Source: Basidiobolus meristosporus CBS 931.73
Lineage: Eukaryota > Fungi > Basidiobolomycota
Reading direction: 5' to 3'
Assembly (NCBI GenBank): GCA_002104905.1
Contig: MCFE01000060.1
Span: 130,043 to 194,042, forward strand
Length of the DNA stretch: 64,000 nt
A model generated the notes under the pieces. It was given only the letters and a program-made list of their open reading frames with translations. It had not been told where the DNA came from and made no database searches. The position numbers and the translations under genes were made by a program. Shown piece by piece: positions 27,422 to 38,109 of this stretch; positions within the stretch are counted from its first letter, which is position 1; each line of letters opens with the position of its first letter.

Positions 27422-27722
27422 CATAGTACAAGAAGTGGTAAATAAGAATCAAGTGTGTGAAGTTATAATTAAATATGGAAAGAGAAAAGGGGAGAAATGT
27501 TCAAGGATACTAAAAGATAATAACCAATGTTGTGGGTATCACAAGTCAAAGGCAGGGTCAGATTATATCCCAAAGTTGATAAAAATGGAAGAAATAGTGG
27601 GAAAGGATAAGTTGCAAGAGGATGTAAATATATGTAATAAGTATGTAAATAATAATGATTTGTACGGAGAGTCATCGTCATCAAGATGGTATGATGAAAT
27701 AAGCAACAGATTAGCGACGCTA
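27422..27722 (+). other. Foreign ~300 bp insert encoding a C-x4-KxGxRKG-x2-C-x10-C-x2-H motif (ORF 27408..27728)
   Basis: No counterpart in B1 or B2, which carry the gag C-terminus here; open frame across the insert; retains CpGs. Confidence 0.8.
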
Positions 27723-29395
27723 GATTAGTCACTGTGGGCTTCCTAACTCCAAACATAGCCAAGCCATAGTCAATGGCAATCTTGATGGCTACTTCAATAG
27801 TCTGAGGTCTTTGATAATTCACTTTCTTACAAGTTCTTTCTTTCAACCCATCAATAGAGTATTCAACTTCATCCAAAGGGCCCATTCTTTCAATTTGCCC
27901 AAGTAGGCATCTATATTCATAGATGCAATCTTGGACAATTCCTTTCTGTCTGAGTTTCTTCAACTTTCTTCTTAGTAGTGTCTGTTGGTGTGGGAGCTCA
28001 AAGACATCCTAAATTTCCAACATAAACTCATTTCAGGTAGAGATTGTGGAGAATCCCATCATGGTGGCTGACCTGATCTTGTTGTGGTACCACTGTAAAG
28101 CTGTGTCTGCCAGGTAAGAGGCTGCATAATGTAACTTGCTTTCTGGAGCAATTCCTTTAGCCTTGAAAGCTTCTTCAATCTGGAAGAGCCAAGTTGCCAG
28201 GTTTTCATTGACTCTACCATGGTACTGGTTGACCTTCACACTAAAATTGCTCTTGACAGGGTTTTGCTGGCTTTGGGCCATGGTAGTCATTCCTTGTTGC
28301 TGCTGGGCCAGGATTTGTTGCACAGCAATCTTCCATTCTTGATTTTTGACATCTTGAAGGAGGCTTCTTCTTTCCCAAGGAGGGATGTTTCTGGTTACTG
28401 CTGCTACCAATGTTAAAAGTCTTGGTATAAGAGTTATTGAGGAATAGGGAGTTTATCTAGTATGGTATTTACTAAAACTTGAACTGATCTTTATTGAGAT
28501 TCCAGCACCTCCTTGTATACATTTTGCCAGATCAATTGCTGACTAATTGTATTTACTGATGTAGGCTGTGGCTGATGACTCATTTAATTGCATCATCATC
28601 AACCAATAAGCCCCTACATAATATATCTATTTCTGTCTGATCACAATCTGCTGATTCATTTGCTGACTAATACTACTGATTTGATAGATTATAATGATAT
28701 ACTAATACCCAAACATATAACTTGATTTGACCAAAAACTGATCTGTCTTAAACATTCAAGTGGCAAATCATAACAAGTGAAAACAAGCTTCAGTCCCTTA
28801 GAATTCACTTTACTGAATGAGAATAGGTTCTGAGCTATTCCATGCTGATAGAATACATTGCTTAGCTTTGCTGTTGTTGTTCCTAAGATATCACTCACTT
28901 TTGCTCTGTAGCATTTTGGGTTTTCTCTCCTTCTGTTGAAGCTGTTCAACTTATTCTGTTGTTCCTTGAGGCTCAACTCCTTTACTATAACTATATTCCA
29001 AGGTTATCATTGCTCAAGGTTAATATGTAGCTTGATATTTCATGGGATTTGGTTCTTCCCATCAAACCTCTGCTTTACAGGGGAGATATTGACGTTATGC
29101 TGTTTACTGGCAGAAGACATCCTCATAATAGATTAAGGTAATTGGTGGTAATAACCTGTTGGAATTTAAGAAGTGTTCTGGATATAATACACTTAGCAAG
29201 AAATGATGAAAAGTGTTGAGCTATTGATGATTCATAAAATATCACTGTATTTGTACCTTGACAGAAGTAATACAGCAGTAACACTAAGTAAGGAGAATTT
29301 TTCAACACTCAGAAGCATTCTGTAAGGGTTTAATGGTTAGAACAGAATATTTGGTAAAAGTCCTGATTTGATCTTCACTACAAGGAAATAAATAT

Positions 29396-32084
29396 CCCTA
29401 TGAAAAAGAACTTGTTCTTGTGGGTGGATTCAATCAAGATCAACCATCAAGATCCTGTCAGGAGACTGCTACAGTACAAGCAGCTTGGAACTAACGGCCA
29501 TCTGTACAGTCTTATGATAGGATTACTATGGTGTTTGGCTAATTCTAGAGCCAAATAATGTTAAGAACATAATGGTGTTGGTACAGTAATTTGCCAAGAG
29601 TGGCATGACATTGTTGCAGTCTAAGTGCACTCTAGAGCTTTTTGAGTGGATCTAACTAACCCATAAATCCAATACCTTATGTGGCAAAAAACTTCATTGT
29701 GTTTTGATGGCTTTGTTGCATGCCACTCATTACATTATGGTGGCAGTATGGCAGCCTACAACTAGTGGTGTATAATGTTACTGTACCAATTTACTAAATG
29801 GTACTTCCTTTTTCTACCACCACTGGCACAACTCAGTTGTTCCACTGTGGAGTCACCCCTCTTTGTATGCTTACCCACTACTACCATGGGTATTTCACTT
29901 ATTGTTTGAATCTTGAAATATTATGGCCTCCTGCTTACTAACCTCTACAAACATGCACACCAATTGCAATTGCCATACCACTGTCACCTCAACTTTGCAG
30001 CTTTTTGGTGTGACACTTGCAAAGTTGCCATATATCTTGTATTGCTGGTAATATATACATCTTGCAAATATATGGTTGGTTGCCACAACTTCTGCCATGA
30101 ATAACTCCTGAATATCTGCAACAAACATTTTGGTGTTTAACCAATGTATTTGCTCTCCCTGCTGGACTCTAGTCCCTTCATAGGTGCACCCTGGCTCTTG
30201 TTTGTGTGAGTTCTGTATTGGATGGTGTAGAAATTGACTTGTGACCAAGAGGTATCTGGCATACCTTGGTAGAGTATTCCTGATAACAGTTATTTGCTTG
30301 TTATGCCCTACCCAACTTTGCATAACTTAACTGATTATCCATGCATTAGGGCTGTTTAGCTTCATAACTCCATAGGCATAGGTGTCTCCTTGTGCAAATC
30401 TGTCCTCAGGATTATCCAACTGTTCCTGGCTGTCCTTTATGTACCAACTCATAACATCTATCACAGACTTGAAGGTAATATCTTGATGGGGTTGCAATAT
30501 GGTAGTACTTATAACTTGACTTGTCCTTCTATCTGCCCACACATCAGCTCTATAGGAAACTCCCAAAAGGTGAAGCAAGGTCCAATATTCTCAACACACC
30601 AAGTAAAATGGAGTAGCAAATAGACACAGTAGCAGCAGAGATCTACGCATTCAGCTTTATGTTTGTAGTATAGCAGCTCAAATTCTGTGGCAAATACTTT
30701 ACACAAAGGCTGCAGATGCATCAAGTTGGCATTGGTAATCTGTTTCTTGATAAATATTCCTACAATGTCCACATATGACTCCCAATGCTTCCAATGTACT
30801 CCTGGTAGCTATGGCTTCAGATGGTCACTTGAATAAATACAAATTCAGCTCATCTAGTCCTTGCACTGGTGTTGTTACATATGCATATGAATGTTGATCA
30901 GCGCCATGAGAAGTACACAGGGTAAAGGATACTCTGTAATATCTTGCCAATTACTTCATATTTCTCATGTATCTCAAAGGGTGGATTTAGCTTGAAATGC
31001 CCCATGTACAATTTGGTCATCTGTACAGTGATATTGCTGAAGAGCAAATGCATTGCTCCCAGTGGAGAGCTTTTGCTCAAACAGATACCCTCTATTCTAA
31101 GTATCTCTGAATTCCAGCTTATTCCATCTTAAGACCAATGGTTTATAGCTTGGCAACTTTGCTACAATTGCATGCAGACTTTGGTATGTTCTCTCTGCAG
31201 AAGAATGATGCTCTTAGTGTTGGTGTCTAGGTAATAACAGTGTGTGTGAGCTATGAAGTAAGTCCTCTGAATCTTACACATTGAAGAGCAATTCCATCTA
31301 TTGTGCCAAGAAAAGCCGGCCATCTTGCTGATGGCTGCAGTATCTTCATTGCAGATAATAATATGAGCTTTTACATGATAGTCATTTACTGTGATCCTGC
31401 TGGAGAGCATAAACTTCATTCAGGAATGGATACAGGCAGCTATCTGGTAGGATGGTGATGCAGGCCCAGATATTAGTGGCAGCAAGGGCTAAGAGCTCAA
31501 AACATGCATGAAAGAAGTGTCAGGCTGCCTGCAGAGTGCCAGCAGGTACAAGCAGGCCAAAACAGTGGCAGAAAGCTGTAGGGCTCCTGCCAAAGTCATA
31601 GTAAAGATCATTACAGCAGAAGTACTTGTTGAGTGGTGGACTTTGATGGAGTTACTTGTTGAGTATGGTGTTGGGCTTCATGTTAGTTAGGGTATAGGGA
31701 CTTGTGTAGATCAATACAATTGGCAATTGAGGTAAAACTAAATTTCAGCAGAGATGAATCAATTGGTATGCTTGAAGATTCAGAGGAATGATTGAGTCAG
31801 GTAGTAAGCATGTGAAAAAGAGGCAACAGCCAATCAATGCACACAAATGTAGGAGGTGACAGAGTGTTGGGGATCAGAAAGTGAGAAAATTGGCAGAGAA
31901 CTAATCAGAAGCCACATTTGTACTGTTGAGATAAAAAATTTTGACTAAGTTTTGTGATATTGAGGTTGCAATTACTTTTTGATGGTCTTGGTGCAGTGTC
32001 CTAATGGGAACAATACCTCTTAGTCATGGGACTCAGAATCTGCGGCAGCCTTTTGATGCAATCATCACAATAATTTTCATAGGG
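29396..32084 (-). mobile_element. CACTA/CMC-like DNA transposon copy C1, internally deleted; TIR CCCTATGAAAA; 3-bp TSD (TAT/GAT)
   Basis: CCCTATGAAAAA at 29396 and TTTTCATAGGG ending at 32084 interrupt a Copia LTR, and both flanking triplets align to the same CAT of the LTR consensus. Tnp2-like remnants at 29895-31440 (CNEDTAAISKMAGF; LLHFTWCVENIGPCFTFWEFPIELMCG). Confidence 0.88.
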
Positions 32085-33119
32085 GATAAAATCAGAAATC
32101 TGAAAGAAAGTGGCAAAGATAGGGCTATAAAGTAGTCCTTGAGTGACTCAGACTAGTAAAGAGCTGTTAAGTAGATCCTTGCTGATGAGTGATACTCAAT
32201 TGGCAAATAATACAACAGACTCTGGAACCAAAGATTTGACTAAAAGTATTTAAAGGCTCTTGAACCAGAAGCTACTTGAATATAGCTCTGATACTGCTGG
32301 GCACCAGAGTATTTGGTTGATCAATGTATCTCAGGAAACTGCCTGGAAGTCAGTATGAATACAAGTCACAAAGTGTAAGATGCATATTTCAGGCTACAGA
32401 TATTACTGTGATCAGGTACAACAAAGTGTTTGGCAAGAACCAAATTTTCATCAAAAATATCACAGATGATGACAATTGTTTATTTTTGTGTCAACCAATG
32501 GTCAAGACTTATTCAGAGCAAGTCAATAAGGTTCTGTGTACTCCAGATAGATCTGAAAACTATTGTTCTTTCTTATCCATGCACCAAGTATTCATTGGAT
32601 GCAGGAGCAACTACAAGACATTATAAATTTCCTAAGGAGCAATGGGCAGTTTAAAGCAAAACATATAGGTGATTATTCATGGCAATGAGAAGGGCAGAGA
32701 AAAAGAAAGTAAATGTAGCACAGCCAGGTAGAGCTTGGTACTCTACCTTCTGCAGCAAGCCAGACCACTTGACAAGTGAGTACAAGAATTAACAAGCAGA
32801 CAAAAAGCAGACACTGGAGCACAAGCACTAAAAAGAGACAGATGGACAGCCCCATATAGAAATGGAAATAGTACAAAAGCACTCTTGGAGTACTTGCTGG
32901 CTCTGCAGGTTTGCTGCTTATCTGTGGCATAAAGTTGTAATTCAAAAACTCCAAGATTCTCTCTGAAAGAAGGTACAACTGGGAGTCAATTTTAGACCAG
33001 AAGCTAATGCAAGTGGATACATATAGCTACATAGGAATGATAAACTCAGGAGCCAGGACTGCAAGAATGTGCCTTGAACAGCTTATCACTTGCTCCAAGT
33101 TAGTGAAGCACTTACTCAG

Positions 33120-34810
33120 AGACATAAAACTAGCACACGTAGATAAAAACTGATCCAACTTAAACATTCAAGCAGTAGATCACAGCATTTTTCCCTCCCA
33201 AAGCTGGGAGGGTTCTCCTGAATCTCTTTTCTGGTGATATAGGTATCTTGATAGTTCTCCATTTTCTGTAAGTCTTGCAAGCTGAATTCTGTAGCAGTGA
33301 ACTAGGTCTTCTAGGATATTTCCTTGTTTTCCCACTAGCTGGTAAGATGCAAATAGACATCCACTGATGATCCTAAATGGTCCTGTCTGTTGTGGCTCAA
33401 GCTTCCTCCAAGTGTTGTTGCCTGCTAGTACAAAGTTCCCAACTGTCAAAGATACTGGTGATAAAGTCTTACCAAATTGCTTGTTCATCTCTTCTGCTAT
33501 GTTAGATGTTTTGGTCTATGCCTCCTGATGTTTGCTTCAGCTCTTTGTGTCTACTAGGCTGACTGAGCTCATCCTCTGAGTTGGTGATGAGTTTGGATTG
33601 TGTGAAATCTCCTGAAATTGTTGGTTCACATCAATACCCTGGGTAAGATGAGAATTGATGGGAAGTGTTTGGCACCCCAACTTTGCAGGCAAATAGTGCT
33701 TGGTCAATATGCTAGTCCCATCTGCTGACATTCTCATTTTCATACTCTTAAGGGCTTTCCCAAATACTCCATTAAACCGCTCAGTGACTCCATTAGTTTT
33801 GGGGTAATATACCAAAGTTTTTGGATGTTTGATCTGATGCATTTTCATGTAAGCTTTCAAGGTTTTGGCCATAAAGTATGCTCCTCTATCAGATACAATT
33901 TCCACAAGGCATATACACCTTATCAAGATCTCATGGTGGATGCAACTTCTTGTTCACCAGCTACTGGTACAGCTCTAGCCATTGGGCATTGGGTGTTTTG
34001 GTCAATTGCCAATATGATCCATCATTTTATTTCTTAGTGGTGGGCAGTTTTCCAATTAAGTCAATTCCCCTTTATTAAAATGGCCCTACAGTCTCCAATG
34101 GAAGAAATTGGGCAAGTGCTGCTACTGCCTTCTCAATATCTTGTTTCATATTTCATTCTGGGCCACCATGCTCTAGCACTTACAAGGCTATAGGTTCCAT
34201 CACTTCCAAGATGTCCATATCCATTGAGTAGCTTATGTATTAATTCCAGGCAGGTAACTAAAGGGCAATAGGCAATAGGCCTTTTATCAACAATTTGATA
34301 TAGTGTTTCATCCTGTACTACAAATTTGCTGGCTTTATCCTGGAATATCTTCTTAGTCCCTCCAAGTACTTCTGTAATAAGCTGGTCCAATCTGATTTAT
34401 GTACCAGGCTGAGTTGTGCAACTTTTTCTCTGTAGCTTGATATATAGCTTGTTCACTCTTAGCCTCTTCAAGACCTTTTCAATGTGCACTAAGTGGCATT
34501 CTTCTGACTTGCTGTATATCAATGTGCCATCTGGGTAGATTACAACAAACTGGTCTATGTACCACTGGAAAGAGCTTGCATCAAAGTCATAAATGTTGCA
34601 GGGGCATTGGTGAGACCAAAACTTTGGACCAAGTACTTGTAATGTCCATGTATTGTGCTGAATTTGCCTTGAGGATATCTTCTGGCTTCACCCTAATCTA
34701 GTTTATGCTGATAAGATGTTAATTTTGCTCAGTATTGTGGCTCTGTGCAGCTGATCTAAAAGCTCATCAATGCTTGGTATGTAATGCTTATTCTTCACAG
34801 TAACTGAGTT
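33120..34810 (-). mobile_element. Gypsy family B fragment B4 (LTR remnant to 33187, integrase, RT fragment)
   Basis: Collinear with 22390-23590 and 5260-5480; IVSDRGAYF...TNGVTERFNG integrase motifs. Confidence 0.85.
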
Positions 34811-34850
34811 CTTGATTTTGCTACTTTGTCTGTCAATGAGATCTTCTCTG

Positions 34851-35578
34851 TATTACTCCTTGTTACTTATTTTATAAAGTGACACCAGATTTATATCTTA
34901 TGAGTTCCCTAATACAGTAACTATAACCCAACCTTGTAAATTGTAACGATACAAATTTTTACACCCTGTTACTTATTTTGCTTAGTGTCACCACATTTGT
35001 ATCTCAAAAGATTCCCTAATCCAGTAAACTCAATCAAACTTTGTAAAATATTAAAGATGCAATTATTTACTCCTTGTTACTTATTTTATATGGTGACATC
35101 AGATTTGTATCTTTATAAATTCCCCAATACAGCAACTACAACCCAGCTTTGTAACTATTAAAGATGCAAAAAATTACTCCTTGTTACTTATTTTATATAG
35201 CATCACCACATTTGTATCTTAAGAAATTCCCCAATCCAGTAACTACAACCCAATTCTGTAAATTGTTAAAGATACAATTATTTACTCCTTGTTACTTATT
35301 TTGTATGGCTACACCCATTGGTATCTTTATAAACTCCCTAATACTGTATTTACAATCCAACTTTGTAAATATTAAAGATACAAAAATTTGCTTCTTGTTA
35401 CCAATTTTCTAAAGTGCCAGCATATTTGTATCTTTATGAATTCCCCAATCCAGTAGCTACAACCTAACTTTGTCAAATATTAAAGATAAAAAAATTCTCT
35501 TCTTGTTACTAGATTTGTATAATGCTACCATATTTGTATCTTTATAAGTTCCCTAATACAGTAACTGCAACCTAACCA
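34851..35578. repeat. Tandem array, ~107-bp unit, ~6.8 copies
   Basis: TTACTCCTTGTTAC-like anchor at ~34853, 34959, 35067, 35174, 35282, 35388 and 35496. Confidence 0.93.
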
Positions 35579-35580
35579 TG

Positions 35581-38070
35581 GAGGACATGGAATCTGGGGT
35601 ATACATATTACCTTTCTCCGCAAACTCATCTACCTAGTGGGAGTGTAGCTTAACTAGTTGTGCTTCCAACTCTTGTGAGAACAGCCGTTTTCTTTTTGGT
35701 AAATTTTCTTGGCTATGATTAGAATCAGTCTGTTCCAGGCTTACAGGATTAATTGGCTAAAGCTACAACTTCCTACCCATACTTCCCTGTCTCCGGCTTA
35801 GGTAGACTCTTTTCCCTTCACCTTTTCCTTTATCAATGCAAGATCTTTCACTGCTACTTTGGCAGAGTCCTTCTTGTTTTGAACTATGTTTTCTGCTTGA
35901 TAAAGGCTGCGCTGATGCATCTGTTTTAGCTTACCTGTCTCTTACTGGCACTCTGCAGGCAGCCTGATGCTTTTTTCTGCTTGTTTGGAGCTCTCAGCCC
36001 ATACTATGACAGGAAAACATCATTCACACTCCAGATATATCCCTGGAATACCCCATCTAAAGAAGCTCATGCAGCCCAACAAAAAATGCAAAGCTATAAA
36101 GTGCCACACTCAGTATCAATCAAGCTCAAATATATCCAATATATTTAATGGCAAACATTACAAACAGCTAAGAAGCAAGGGCTACCTTGAAGATATGTAT
36201 GACCATGCCTTTGCCTTGACACTTGATGGGCTCCCATTAAACAGGCACTCTACCAGCAAATCCTGCTGGCCTCTGACTCCCATCAACCTGACTCTGTCAT
36301 TCATCTTACAGTATTAGAGCAGAAATCTGATGGTAGTCTCCCTGGTATCTTGGCCTTAATCACTGTTGTACCTAGATAGCTATCTGCATCTATTGCTGGA
36401 GGAATTTTGTATGCTTTCTAACAGAATAACAGCAAATGGATGTCACTTCAAAGCACTTATTATTAGCTGCATTGGAGTTACCCCAGCCATCAGCAAGATA
36501 GCTAGCTTTTCTGGGCACAATAGTTGGTATTACTGTCAAGTGTCTGAGATCCAGGGAACTTACTCTATAGATCACACACATTATTATTACCCAAACATCA
36601 ACACTAAGAACATAATCCTTCCACAGTGAGAACATACAAAAGTCAGCATGCAAATGCAGCAAAGTAGGGAAGCTATAAGACATTGATCTGAATATAGAAT
36701 ATGTTGGAAACCAGCAATATTTAACATAGAGGTTATCTGTTGGAGCAAAAGCTTTCTACTGAGAGCAATGCATATGCTTTACAACAATATGCCTATACTG
36801 ATGGCCAAGTAGTACATGGGCATCTCAAGCTAAATAAGCCCTTTGAGATACAGGAGAAACTTGAATAACTGGCAAGATATTACAGAGTTTCTGCCACCCT
36901 AAATACTTCTCATAGGCTCCAATCAACATTCATATATATATGCAACAATGCAAGTGAAAGGACTGCATGAACTGGATATGTATCTATTCAAGGAGCCTTC
37001 TGAAGCCATTTCTACTAAGTGTACATAAGGAGCATTGGGAGTCATATGTGGACATTATAGGAATATTTATCTGGAAGCAGATCACCAATGCCAACTTGAC
37101 ACATCTACAGCTCTTGTGCAAAGAGCCTGTGATAGGATTTGAGCAACTACACTACAAGCATAGGGCTGAATGTGCAACTTTCTGCTACTACTGTATCTAT
37201 TTGCTACACCAATGTGCTTGGTGTGCTGAGAATATTGGACCTTGCTTCACCTTTTGGGAGTTCTATGGAGCAGATCAATGGGAAAATAGGAAGACAAGTC
37301 AAGTTGCAGGTACTACCACATCCCAATCTCATCAAGAATATTACCTTCAAGTCCATCAAGAATGTGATGAGTTGGCACTTGTGAGACATCCAGTAGGAGT
37401 CAAAAATACAGCAGATGGATGTGCACATGGAGACACCAATGCCTATGGCATTAAGAAGTTAAGCAGTCACAATGTATGGGTAATCAGTTAGTAATGCATA
37501 GTTGGGTTGGGTGCAACAAGCAGCCAATCTTTATTAGGAATGCTCTACTAATGTATGTTGGATCTCTCTTGGTCACAAGCAAATTTCTATTTCATTCATT
37601 ACAGAATTCACACAAACAAAAGCTATAGCTCACCTATAAGGGGGACCAGAATCTAGCAGGCAGAAGGAATATAATAGCTCAATACCAAAAAGTTCTTGAC
37701 AGATATTCAGGAGGTATTCATGGCAGAAATACCATTAGAGGCCTGTAATGAGGCTATCAAAATACCATAAAGTCTTTTGCCACATAAGGTAATTGGATGT
37801 TCTGGCCAGTTAGATCCATTCAAATAGGTGTAGAGTGCACTAAGACTGTGACAATGCCATGGCTCCCTTGGCAAAGCACCATACAAACACTGCTATGTTC
37901 TTTAACTTTATTTGGCTGTAATATTAGCCAAACACCATTGTTATGCCATCATAAGATTGTGTAGATGATTAATAACTCCAAGCTGCTGGTATTATAGTGG
38001 TCTCCTGATGGGATCTTGATGGCTGATCCACATTGGATACACCTGTGGGACCAAATCAATGTTCATAGGG
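35581..38070 (+). mobile_element. CACTA/CMC-like copy C2a (deleted; second-gene remnant 35581-36000 fused to transposase 36000-37720; TIR ends 38070)
   Basis: Tnp2 motifs LTLDGLPLNRHSTSKSCWPL, LDSYLHLLLEE, GVTPAISKIASFSGHNSWYYC; GTTCATAGGG at 38061-38070. Confidence 0.85.
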
Positions 38071-38109
38071 TAGCAAGTATATTGCTAGCTGATACTAAAA
38101 ACTACACTG

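Larger units (their letters stand above)
22064..28775 (-). mobile_element. Gypsy family B copy B3, LTRs 22064-22431 and 28411-28775, TSD AGTG; RT-RH deleted
   Basis: AGTG at 22060-22063 and 28776-28779; PPT AGGGGAGTA; PBS TGGTAGCAG; integrase 22432-23594 + 26927-27040 joined directly to the protease region; gag 27729-28410. Confidence 0.93.
11861..32217 (-). mobile_element. Old outer Ty1/Copia element: 3' LTR 11861-12229, RT/RH 12230-13133, pre-integrase 21982-22063, PR/gag 28776-29156, 5' LTR 29157-29395 + 32085-32217
   Basis: Both LTRs align to the 369-bp Copia LTR, and the internal pieces are in the correct order and orientation between nested inserts. No outer TSD is recognisable, so linking all pieces into one element is inferred. 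Confidence 0.7.

Noticed and set aside
27469-27963. Gag-insert fusion protein
   Set aside because: The C-terminal half is the antisense reading of a purine-rich insert (L/F/Y/H-rich) with no motif, and upstream gag has stops.
29376-29384. CACTACAAG, the canonical plant CACTA terminus, next to a Tnp2 element
   Set aside because: It aligns without gaps to GACTATAGG of the Copia LTR. The real end is CCCTATG at 29396, which recurs at all other copies.
34851-35578. 107-bp array as CRISPR or as a 36-aa repeat protein
   Set aside because: Whole units are homologous (no unique spacers), the context is eukaryotic, the spacing varies 106-108 bp, and stops interrupt the frames checked.
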